A stretch of DNA of 36,977 nucleotides, taken from the NCBI GenBank assembly GCA_046045965.1, contig JBJOKS010000038.1, forward strand, positions 1-36,977, in the 5' to 3' direction. Below, piece by piece: positions 28,436 to 36,977 of the stretch (position 1 is its first letter; the number at the start of each line of letters is the position of its first letter). This DNA is from Cyanobacteriota bacterium. Lineage in GTDB: Bacteria > Cyanobacteriota > Cyanobacteriia > Cyanobacteriales > Nostocaceae. The notes under the pieces are model-generated. The model did not search any database. It was not told the origin of the DNA and saw nothing but the letters and a program-made list of their open reading frames with translations. The translations under genes and the position numbers were made by a program.

Positions 28436-28825
28436 ATGGCAGATAAAAATTTAGAAGCATTAATAGTCAAAATTGTCAAAAAGGAGATCAAAAAAGAAAT
28501 CAAGAACCTCAACTCGGATAATTTACCAATTGTTGCAACTGAGGTAAATCAACAATTACCAAGTTTGGCAGAAACTTTTGAAACTGAAGCCGAAACACGC
28601 ACCACAGCGGAAATACTTGAAAATATATATACCAATGGATTTGTTAACTTACCCACCAAAGAAAATTTAGAACTTGAACGCAAGTTAAGGGAACTCAAAT
28701 TTAAGCAAGAACTGAGGAAAGATTGGATACTATTTCTTTTGAAGGATGTCATAGTCTATGCTGCTACTATTTTATTTATGTTTACTTTTGCTGGCTTCTA
28801 TTTACTCACTCTCATTCACAGCTAA
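28436..28825 (+). CDS. Hypothetical protein with a C-terminal TM helix
   Basis: 129-aa ORF with a hydrophobic C-terminus. Confidence 0.65.
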   Translation: MADKNLEALIVKIVKKEIKKEIKNLNSDNLPIVATEVNQQLPSLAETFETEAETRTTAEILENIYTNGFVNLPTKENLELERKLRELKFKQELRKDWILFLLKDVIVYAATILFMFTFAGFYLLTLIHS

Positions 28826-29127
28826 AGAGACTTACATTTATTAAAATCTGTTGTTATGGGAGAAATTAAACAACAAATAAATACCCTAGTATGAAATCAA
28901 TGCTTTAGCTAAAAATCAAGCTTTTGTCTACTAACTAAAGTTGCCTGAAACTGATTTAATTGTGATCGATAAAAATCAATTAAAACTGAAAACAATTATG
29001 CTTACTACCTCCTGGGTCCTGAATCTGCTGCATATAAATTTTTGGTAAATTCTTATACCAATTACCATTCCTGAAATTTGATTGCTATATTAGAGTAAAT
29101 TACTATTCTGGTGAGGTTTGGGAAGCT

Positions 29128-29847
29128 GTGCGTGATGATTTAAAAGGCTTAGTAATTAGCCATCAAGAGTTGGAACAATTGACTAATTTACCTGTCCCTA
29201 ATGAATTGTTCATCATTACGAATTTTCTTGATAAATTGAAAAAATCATTAATAACAAAGATTAAAGGTTCTGAAGGAGCTACAGTAGTTTTTATAAGTTG
29301 TTCTGTTTTGGTAGTTTCATATCTATTTTTTGACATTCTTATCAAAACATTTGCCAATTGGATTACAATTCCCTCTGGGATATTACTAATATTATTTAGT
29401 ATTTGGCTTGGTGGTGTAATCCAGACTATATTGTATTTACTATGGAAGAGCAAAGGGAATTTTATTAAAAGGAATATGACAAATTGCCTAAAAGTTTTAC
29501 TCAATGATGTTGAAAGATATAATGCTGTTATTAAAGCTATAGATATTAATGACCAAATAGAAGAAGCTGGTAATCCAGAGGTAGGGATCAAGCACAGAGA
29601 AAGAGTTATTGAAGCTTTAAACTTTACTAAATTAGATTTAGTACGTGCTTTAAAAACCGAAAGAATTTTGCGAGAAAATAAGAATTTTCTTCTGACTAAT
29701 TCTGATTTATTTGCAAATAATTTAGCTAGTTTAACTTCCATACAAGTTACTGAACAAGCAACTGAACATGACCAGTTATTGAATGAAGCTTTGCAAATTG
29801 CTTTAGATGTCCAATACGAAATGCGAAGGTTGCAGAATCAGCGTTAA
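29128..29847 (+). CDS. Hypothetical membrane protein (2 TM plus coiled coil)
   Basis: 239-aa ORF; GTG start with GAGG upstream. Confidence 0.75.
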   Translation: MRDDLKGLVISHQELEQLTNLPVPNELFIITNFLDKLKKSLITKIKGSEGATVVFISCSVLVVSYLFFDILIKTFANWITIPSGILLILFSIWLGGVIQTILYLLWKSKGNFIKRNMTNCLKVLLNDVERYNAVIKAIDINDQIEEAGNPEVGIKHRERVIEALNFTKLDLVRALKTERILRENKNFLLTNSDLFANNLASLTSIQVTEQATEHDQLLNEALQIALDVQYEMRRLQNQR

Positions 29848-30096
29848 AACCTCGTTAATTTCATCTAGTATGCCATAGCTTCGCTCTCTAAAAGACGCTA
29901 CGCGTAGTTTACTTCCTCAAAGTGGTAGGCCGCAAGCATCGCACAGTTGTTTGGTTAAACTGACCAAATATTGGTATTTCCAGAAGATTACACCCTCTCA
30001 ACGATTATAGTTAATCTTCTTTGGCAGGAACGGAGTAACATTAAAGAATATGAAGCAAGCGTTAGCGTAGCTTAACCGTAGGTATAGCACATTGAT

Positions 30097-30864
30097 ATGG
30101 ACTGGAAAGAAATCAGAGGCAACTGGGTAATTATTCCGCGTCATCCCATTGGTATCATCCATTTCTTGGGGGGTGCATTTGTCGCTACCGCACCTCACCT
30201 GACTTACCGTTGGTTACTAGAACAGTTGGCAGCTAAAGGCTATGTTGTTATTGCTACGCCTTTTGTCAATACCTTGGATCATCAAGCGATCGCTGAATCT
30301 GTACTCCTGAACTTTGAACGCACCCTAGAACGCTTACACTATTCCGGTGAATTACGCAAGCTTTACCTGCCTACCTATGGTGTGGGACACAGTATGGGTT
30401 GCAAACTTCATTTACTCATTGGTAGCCTTTTTCCCGTAGAACGAGCAGGTAATATTCTCATCTCCTTTAACAACTACACTGCGAAGGAAGCCATACCGCT
30501 GGTAGAACAATTAAATTCTACCTTGGCAATCGAGTTTACTCCCACACCCTTGGAAACTAACCAAATTGTAAAGGAACGTTATCACATCCGCCGTAATTTA
30601 TTAATAAAATTTAGCAATGATAATCTTGATCAATCAGCAGTTTTAACAAAAATCTTACAAAACCGCTTTCCCGAAATGGTGACAATACAAACCTTATCTG
30701 GAAATCACACCACACCTTTAGGTCAAGACATTAAATGGCAACCAGGAAATTCTTTTACTCCCCTTGATGCTTTAGGACAATGGTTTAAGCAAGAAGTATA
30801 TCGTGATATCTACCAGCTAAACAAAGTCATGCTTTTATGGCTCAACCCTCTTGCCTCTTTATAA
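30097..30864 (+). CDS. DUF1350 family alpha/beta hydrolase
   Basis: IHFLGGAF, GHSMGCK nucleophile elbow and GNHTTP. Confidence 0.88.
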   Translation: MDWKEIRGNWVIIPRHPIGIIHFLGGAFVATAPHLTYRWLLEQLAAKGYVVIATPFVNTLDHQAIAESVLLNFERTLERLHYSGELRKLYLPTYGVGHSMGCKLHLLIGSLFPVERAGNILISFNNYTAKEAIPLVEQLNSTLAIEFTPTPLETNQIVKERYHIRRNLLIKFSNDNLDQSAVLTKILQNRFPEMVTIQTLSGNHTTPLGQDIKWQPGNSFTPLDALGQWFKQEVYRDIYQLNKVMLLWLNPLASL

Positions 30865-31274
30865 TACAGTAGAAGTCAGGAGTAACCGCTTTTTGATACT
30901 TAATTTTGATTGATGAAAATTTCATATCATACTTCATTTACCTGCAACCTGCTGGATTTGATACATGAGAAGATTAGTAAATTGATGGATAGTTAAAAAT
31001 GATTTTTGGCAAATCAAGTTAGTAATTTTGATCGCATCGCATCATTATGACTAACTATGTATTCATCACTTACTGTATTTGTGGATTTTATGTTTATTTC
31101 TGGATAGAATGTTGATTTCCAGAGGGAACAGGAAACGGGCAACTCTTAACAGAAAAAACTCATGTTTAAAAACATAAGATTGAAATAATGACACTGTTTT
31201 TTTGGTGCTACGCATCTTGTAAAAACATCTTTTTTTTTGACTGAGCTTTAAACTCACCAACTTTAGTTTCTTAT

Positions 31275-31309
31275 CTGTTCCCTGTTCCCTGTTCCCTGTT
31301 CCCTGTTCC
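31275..31309. repeat. STRR (CTGTTCC)x5
   Basis: Seen directly. Confidence 0.85.
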
Positions 31310-31332
31310 CTTTTTTGTAACCGCTATTGATT

Positions 31333-32490
31333 ATGTTTCAAATTCTAGTAATTGATGATGACTATTCAATACAGATCCTGCTAAAAAGGATGTTAGAAAA
31401 ACATGGTTATCAAGTAATAACTGCCAATAATGGACAGGAAGGAATTTTACAGGCGCTTGCTTGTCCTCCAGCCCTAATTATTTGTGATTGGATCATGCCA
31501 GGTTTAACGGGGTTGGAAGTTTGCGATCGCATTAAGAAAGATCCTAATTTATCCACAACATTTTTTATTTTATTAACATCTTTAGATTCCGTTGCAGATC
31601 GCGTCAAAGGACTAGATACTGGTGCTGATGATTTTATCTCCAAGCCTATTGAGCAAAATGAACTTCAAGCTAGAGTAAGAGCAGGATTACGTCTACATCA
31701 GTTAAATCGGGATTTACAAACCCAAAAGCTATTGTTAGAAACAGAACTAGCAGAAGCAGCAGAATATGTAAAATCCCTTTTACCCTTACCTATATCTACA
31801 CCTCTGAATATTAATTATAAATTCCTTCCTTCCCGACAATTAGGAGGTGATTGCTTGGATTATTATTGGCTTGATGCTGATCATCTGGCAATTTACCTTT
31901 TAGATACTGCTGGACATGGACTCCGAGCAACTCTTCCCTCTGTTTCTGTACTAAATTTACTGCGTTCCCGTGCGCTCAAAGAACTTAATTATTATCAACC
32001 TAGTCAGGTGTTAAAAGCTTTAAATGATACTTTCCAGATCAACTACCAAAATGATAAATATTTTACTATTTGGTATGGTGTATATAATCGCATAAATCAT
32101 CAATTAACTTATGCAAGTGCTGGACATCCACCCGCAGTATTAGTATCGGGAAAATCTCCCAGCACCACGGAAATAAAACTCTTGAAAACACCGGGAATGC
32201 CAGTTGGTATGTTTCCTGAAGCCAAGTATGTGGATGAAACTTGTCAGATTTCAGAATTAAGTAGTCTTTATATTTTTAGCGATGGTGCTTATGAAATTAC
32301 TACATCAGATGGTAATCTTTGGAGTCTGGATGGATTTATTCAGTTACTAGTTAGCTTACAACATTCAGTTGATTACCAGCTTGATTATATACTGAAATAT
32401 TTAATCAATTTAAACTCCAAAGAAGCCTTTGATGATGATTTATCTATCCTGCAAATTAAGTTCGATCAATTTGTAGCCAGTAAAACTTGA
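31333..32490 (+). CDS. Response-regulator receiver fused to a SpoIIE/PP2C phosphatase (RsbU/RsbP-like)
   Basis: ILVIDDD...CDWIMPG...KP receiver; GGD, DTAGHG, SAGHPP, SDG and DDDL phosphatase motifs. Confidence 0.93.
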   Translation: MFQILVIDDDYSIQILLKRMLEKHGYQVITANNGQEGILQALACPPALIICDWIMPGLTGLEVCDRIKKDPNLSTTFFILLTSLDSVADRVKGLDTGADDFISKPIEQNELQARVRAGLRLHQLNRDLQTQKLLLETELAEAAEYVKSLLPLPISTPLNINYKFLPSRQLGGDCLDYYWLDADHLAIYLLDTAGHGLRATLPSVSVLNLLRSRALKELNYYQPSQVLKALNDTFQINYQNDKYFTIWYGVYNRINHQLTYASAGHPPAVLVSGKSPSTTEIKLLKTPGMPVGMFPEAKYVDETCQISELSSLYIFSDGAYEITTSDGNLWSLDGFIQLLVSLQHSVDYQLDYILKYLINLNSKEAFDDDLSILQIKFDQFVASKT

Positions 32491-32813
32491 TTGAAATCAT
32501 CTTGACTAGGAAATATTTCAAATATTTCATTAATACTGGTCAATTCAAATATCATTCTAACCTGCTCATTAATCGAACAGAGAACCATTTTAATCCCAGC
32601 ATCTCGTAGGGTTTTGAAAGCTAATACTAGAGATCCTAAACCAGAACTATCTAGAAATGTAATATTTTGACAATCAACTAAGACAATCTTTGCACCACTT
32701 TCTATAATTTGGGCAATATCTTTCTGAAATTCCGATGAAGTTTCAGCGTTGAAATTGAATTTAAGTGTAAGAACTTTCACCTGCTGGCTCATAATTAGGT
32801 TACTCTGATTCAT
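32466..32813 (-). CDS. STAS-domain anti-sigma factor antagonist
   Basis: VLVDCQNITFLDSSGLGSL, containing the phosphorylatable Ser. Confidence 0.92.
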   Translation of the reverse strand: MNQSNLIMSQQVKVLTLKFNFNAETSSEFQKDIAQIIESGAKIVLVDCQNITFLDSSGLGSLVLAFKTLRDAGIKMVLCSINEQVRMIFELTSINEIFEIFPSQDDFNQVLLATN

Positions 32814-33154
32814 ATCAATGGTGTTCTCTGTTAGCTAGTATATACCAATATAGGAAATTTTTTAAAGAAAAAATCTCTAAAAAGCCGAATTTTTCACGAT
32901 TTAAATAATTTGTCAAATATAAATTTTTCAATAAAAAATTGAAATTTTCTCCTGATAAATTCATAGAAAATTGTTAAATTTGAACTTCTAAACAATTAAT
33001 ATCAGCTACTAATTCATTACCAAGGAATCAAGAGTTAATACAATTTTGGATCTTTGCTTGTGAAAGTCTTGTTATATAAGCTTTTCATTTTTCTATCCGT
33101 CGCCATCATTTTTGAAATTGTGATAACATTCCATATTTTTGTCATCCATCTGAT

Positions 33155-33284
33155 TAAGTAGGTGAACAGAAAAATTTAAAGGTATGTGAAGAAAAGTAAA
33201 ATCACCCAAAACTCTCTTCCTGTTCCCTGTTCCCTGTTCCCTGTTCCCTTGCCCCAACGACAATTTTTAACGCCAACCTACTTA
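33155..33284. mobile_element. TAAGTAGGT...ACCTACTTA MITE-like element with internal CTGTTCC STRR
   Basis: Perfect 9-bp terminal inverted repeat, extended imperfectly by AAAAATT/AATTTTT. Confidence 0.65.
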
Positions 33285-33319
33285 GTGACTTAATTAATAT
33301 TGAGCAAGAAAATCGCTAA

Positions 33320-33997
33320 TTAAAGGCGATTGACCTTAGCTCGATAAAGCAGCTTGTTACCTTGACGGTATCCAAGATAACATACTTTGACTGTTTCGCC
33401 AAGTTGGGCTGTTCCCTGCAATAATTCATGCCAGTGAGGATCATAAGGTATTTCGGCTCCCACAGAAGCGATCGCTTCCACTCCCCAAGCTTGTAATAAT
33501 TTTTCCAGAGGCTTTTGCACCAAAGGCAATATTTTTACAGCCTCTAGCTGGGGATTTTCCTTGGCTTTTTGTGCTGCGGTAGGCCAAAATAACAACAAAG
33601 ACTCCAAAATTTGCAAACTTGACTGCTGAAACTCCTGCTGTAATACCTCTGGTTGCTGTTCCAGCATCAGCACAACTCGCTCGTATTCCCTTTTTAAGTC
33701 AGCAATTTCTTGTAGTGTGGCATCAGAATTCAAGTTTTCAGTCTTAACTGTTAAACTCCCCTCTTGGGACTCACAATTGTAACTAGAAAAAGTCTCTACT
33801 AATTCACTTAATGATACTCGTAGTATTTTTGACAGTTTAAACAACACATCCACTTTCATCTGTGTCAGCTTTCCTTGTCGCAGACGGAGTATTTGCCGTT
33901 CTGAGACACCAGCAGCGCGACTGAGACTTTTAAAACTAGAAATACCCACAAGCTGCATTAAATTTTGCAACTCCAGGGTGAAATCTTCATCAGACAT
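33320..33997 (-). CDS. XRE-type HTH fused to a GrpE-like domain
   Basis: LSRAAGVSERQILRLRQG HTH; C-terminal GAEIPYDPHWHE...GYRQGNKLLYRAKV. ATG at 33997 preferred; 34036 is possible. Confidence 0.8.
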   Translation of the reverse strand: MSDEDFTLELQNLMQLVGISSFKSLSRAAGVSERQILRLRQGKLTQMKVDVLFKLSKILRVSLSELVETFSSYNCESQEGSLTVKTENLNSDATLQEIADLKREYERVVLMLEQQPEVLQQEFQQSSLQILESLLLFWPTAAQKAKENPQLEAVKILPLVQKPLEKLLQAWGVEAIASVGAEIPYDPHWHELLQGTAQLGETVKVCYLGYRQGNKLLYRAKVNRL

Positions 33998-34032
33998 AGG
34001 TTTTTTCTTCCTCCTACACCCTACACCCTTGT

Positions 34033-34296
34033 TCATGCCAAGTGCATCTTCAGAACACTGGGAGTAGCTTTTCTCACTTTAGCTAAAATTGTTTCTTTAC
34101 CCAGACGTTGACAAGCTTCATAACGATGGCAACCAGAAAAGCCATAATAACGTCCATCTACTTCTAGAACTTCTATCGGTTCTTGTTGCCCAATTTCTGC
34201 AATGGAGTCCATTAAGTCTTTGACTTTTTTTTGATCATTCTGACGCGGTAATGGACGTTGAATTTGATTTAAGGGGATTTCTTGAATTCTAACCAT
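34033..34296 (-). CDS. srxA: Sulfiredoxin
   Basis: ParB/Srx fold, 87 aa, catalytic FSGCHR motif. Confidence 0.93.
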   Translation of the reverse strand: MVRIQEIPLNQIQRPLPRQNDQKKVKDLMDSIAEIGQQEPIEVLEVDGRYYGFSGCHRYEACQRLGKETILAKVRKATPSVLKMHLA

Positions 34297-34330
34297 CAGG
34301 GATTTTGCTGTTTAGTTATGCTTTATGGAT

Positions 34331-34352
34331 AAATCATAGTCATTATGATTTT
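34331..34352 (-). promoter_or_regulatory. Fur-family (FurC/PerR-like) operator upstream of srxA
   Basis: Palindrome AAATCATA-gtcat-TATGATTT about 35 nt upstream of the ATG; srxA is a known FurC/PerR target in Anabaena. Confidence 0.6.
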
Positions 34353-34484
34353 AAGTTGCAAGTAGTTGACAAAAAAGAGGTAATGATATCATGGAACTGC
34401 ATACACAACAAAGCAAAAACGCTACAAATTCCGTTAAAATCTGCCCTGAAGCCCCACTGTGGTAGCAAAATAAAGTTTGTTTTC

Positions 34485-36122
34485 ATGAAAATCTTCTTCT
34501 GGCGTTCTGGCTACAAAATATTGACAACCTTTTGCTTATTGGGACTGACTGCGGCCTCAAGTCCTGTCAACAATAACCAAAACGAGGATGTGGAACTGAA
34601 AATTGGTATTGTCCAGCGATTTGGAGCCACACCTACAGCCAAGTTACAACTGACACCGACCAAAGGCGATCGCTTAAAGCTAAAATGGAAAGTAGATAAT
34701 CAGCAGCAAACCCTAGTTACTGCCAACCCTGTCCAATTGGAAACAGTGATGAAAACCTTACCTCAAGCAAAAGTGCAGGAGGTAGTAGTTTTAGGCAACT
34801 ACCGCACCTTTGAAACAGCGGAAGACAGTGCCAGAAATTGGCGTTCTCAGGGAATAGAAGTGGAAATAGCCCAACCTGAACGCTGGCAAGTATGGGCTAA
34901 ACGAGAAGTTTACAGCAGTCCTTTAATACGCCGCTTGTTATTACAAGGCATACAAGCATCAGGACAGAAGCTCCCATATTTAGATACACAAATTCTCAAA
35001 CAAGTGCCGCAAATCAGCTGGGAAATTAATGGAAAGCGATACAGCAATAATTATCTAGAAATTACCACAGATAAAAATTTAATTCGGGTGAATAAAGCCG
35101 AAAAACCAGGGAATGCGCGTCTTTATCCAGGGAGATTGAACTTACAACCCAATGCTTATGGTACTTATTCTTTAGTAAATCAAGTACCTTTAGAAACATA
35201 CCTGCGTGGTGTTTTACCTTACGAAATTGGCACAAGTGCGCCAACAGCATCCTTAGAAGCTCAGGCTATTATTGCCCGCACCTATGCCCTTCGCAATATA
35301 CGTAGATTTGCTATTGATGACTACCAATTATGTGCTGATACACACTGTCAAGTTTATGATGGGCTAAATGGAGTGGCACGGACAACAGATCAAGCGATCG
35401 CAGCGACACGGGGGATGGTAGTCACTTATAATAACGAGTTAGTAGACGCTCTCTATTCTTCGACCACAGGTGGCATCACTGCTTTCTTTAGCGATGTTTG
35501 GAATGGAGAAGATCGTTCTTATCTGCGGCCGGTAGTAGATGCGCCTACAAATCTTTGGAACTTATCAAAGAAGAGTTTAGCAGACGAAAATAATTTCCGG
35601 GAGTTTATTAACCTCAAACAAGGATTTAATGAAAGTAGATGGAATGTATTTCGTTGGCAAAAGGAAACCAGCTTAGAGGATATTACCAAGGACTTGCAGA
35701 AATTTTTGCGGGTGAAAAAAAGTCCCTATGCCAAATTTAAAACCATCGAAGCCATAGCTATCACAAAGCGTAGTGAAAGCGGACGTATTTTGGATCTAGC
35801 TGTAAAAACGGATATTGGCGTGTTTACTTTGCATAAAGATGAAGTTCGCAGCGCCTTTGCTGCTCCTCGCAGCACACTGTTTTATCTCGAACCTCTGAAC
35901 AAGGGCAAAGCAGAAGTGTGGGGATACGCTTTCATCGGTGGAGGGTTAGGACATGGAGTAGGTTTAAGTCAAACAGGCGCTCAAAATTTAGCCAAACTAG
36001 GCTGGTCAAGTGCCAAAATTCTTCAGTTCTATTATCCCGGCACAGAAATTAAAATTCTTGGTCAGGAGATTAAACCTTTCTTAACATCTTCAGCTACTAA
36101 GACAGGTAGAGAAGTGCGTTAA
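34485..36122 (+). CDS. SpoIID/LytB-domain peptidoglycan hydrolase-like protein (start uncertain)
   Basis: VPLETYLRGVLPYE, AQAIIARTYAL, CQVY and GHGVGLSQTGA...ILQFYYPG motifs. Confidence 0.9.
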   Translation: MKIFFWRSGYKILTTFCLLGLTAASSPVNNNQNEDVELKIGIVQRFGATPTAKLQLTPTKGDRLKLKWKVDNQQQTLVTANPVQLETVMKTLPQAKVQEVVVLGNYRTFETAEDSARNWRSQGIEVEIAQPERWQVWAKREVYSSPLIRRLLLQGIQASGQKLPYLDTQILKQVPQISWEINGKRYSNNYLEITTDKNLIRVNKAEKPGNARLYPGRLNLQPNAYGTYSLVNQVPLETYLRGVLPYEIGTSAPTASLEAQAIIARTYALRNIRRFAIDDYQLCADTHCQVYDGLNGVARTTDQAIAATRGMVVTYNNELVDALYSSTTGGITAFFSDVWNGEDRSYLRPVVDAPTNLWNLSKKSLADENNFREFINLKQGFNESRWNVFRWQKETSLEDITKDLQKFLRVKKSPYAKFKTIEAIAITKRSESGRILDLAVKTDIGVFTLHKDEVRSAFAAPRSTLFYLEPLNKGKAEVWGYAFIGGGLGHGVGLSQTGAQNLAKLGWSSAKILQFYYPGTEIKILGQEIKPFLTSSATKTGREVR

Positions 36123-36159
36123 TCTAGAATTACCAAGTCCAAAAATGGAGACAAAAGAG

Positions 36160-36213
36160 CCACCGCGATACTGCTGGCACAGTAAGGCGGTGGTCAGCTG
36201 TCAATATGACAGC
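36160..36213. terminator. Two stem-loops between the convergent SpoIID gene and petF
   Basis: CCACCGC...GCGGTGG and GCTGTCA-ata-TGACAGC. Confidence 0.5.
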
Positions 36214-36222
36214 AACCAACTC

Positions 36223-36522
36223 TTAGTAAAGTTCTTCTTCTTTGTGAGTTTGGATGGTGACATTTCCCGAATCTGGGTAAGCAACACAGGTCAATACGTA
36301 TCCAGCTTCAATTTGATCATCATCTAAAAATGATTGATCAGATTGGTCAACTTTACCTTTGACCAATTTACCTGCACAGGTAGAACAAGCACCTGCACGA
36401 CAGGAGTAGGGCAAGTCAAGACCTGCTTCTTCAGCAGCGTCTAGAATATATGTATCGTCAGCACAATCAATAGTAGTTTCAGTGCCTTCTGCGTCAATTA
36501 ATGTGACTTTGTAAACTGGCAT
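36223..36522 (-). CDS. petF: Plant-type [2Fe-2S] ferredoxin
   Basis: [13 protein letters not shown]...LTC; AGAGAGGA ribosome-binding site. Confidence 0.96.
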   Translation of the reverse strand: MPVYKVTLIDAEGTETTIDCADDTYILDAAEEAGLDLPYSCRAGACSTCAGKLVKGKVDQSDQSFLDDDQIEAGYVLTCVAYPDSGNVTIQTHKEEELY

Positions 36523-36977
36523 TTGGAAATCCTCTCTTGTTACAGCGGCAGTATAAGCTATCCTTCAGCAAAAGCTACGGCTGACCTGAAAGGATTAGCC
36601 GTTGGTTTTTATTTGCTTCAATTCTGATACTACGGGAAAATTTAAACCTTGTAACCGAAAATTGACGGCGATTAGTAATGAAATTTAGTTACTTATTTAC
36701 AATAAGTTTTTATTATGTAAGCTCACCGTCTCGATAGATGACGAAAACATCTTTGAGGGTTTGATTTTTAAAGGTTGCATTGCTGGAAAAAATAGTTAAC
36801 GTCAGTTGTTGTAATGGGAAGATGGGGACTGGGAAAAATTGACCACCCTACACCCTTGTTGTGAGCTGGCTTTTTGATAGAATGCCATAGGCATTTATGA
36901 CACTGTATCTAAATTATCTGTAGATCCAAAAATCCAACAAACAGAACTGGTGAAAATCATGTATAATTACAAGCCAC

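Noticed and set aside
29163..29741. 192-aa minus-strand ORF
   Set aside because: Fully antisense to the better-supported 29128-29847 gene.
29870..29943. GC-rich stretch ending GCATCGC, possibly a small RNA
   Set aside because: It looks like nested, decayed small dispersed repeats; no promoter or terminator support.
34305..34484. 60-aa N-terminal extension of the SpoIID gene
   Set aside because: It overlaps the srxA promoter and operator; the signal-like segment starts after ATG 34485.

Overview
Chromosomal window from a heterocyst-forming cyanobacterium (Nostocales), judged from hetR, sepJ, patX, frequent HIP1 octamers (GCGATCGC) and heptameric STRR repeats. The conserved backbone is rpsD (partial), a Cys-rich hypothetical gene, hetR, sepJ, a PiT transporter, a Zn dehydrogenase, an FAD oxidoreductase, patX, gifA, glnA, apcF, a DUF948-like gene, a TPM gene, a cobH-like gene, dapB, ytxH-like, DUF1350, a REC-PP2C/STAS pair, HTH-GrpE, srxA, SpoIID/LytB and petF. 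An AT-rich accessory block at about 8.7-16.2 kb holds intact and decayed toxin-antitoxin genes, a MITE, REP-like palindromes, an Rpn nuclease and a kinase / COP23 / double-trypsin-TPR module. The most notable unannotated items are: (1) an internally deleted IscB element that keeps its HEARO/omega-RNA and is inserted exactly at a GTG start codon; (2) a 64-bp-period repeat array and a second DIF1-like promoter with no ORF, directly downstream of patX; (3) perfect DIF1 (TCCGGA-N18-G[T/A]A) promoters inside sepJ and the PiT gene; (4) a recently expanded SepJ linker. All calls were made by eye from motifs; no database searches were run.
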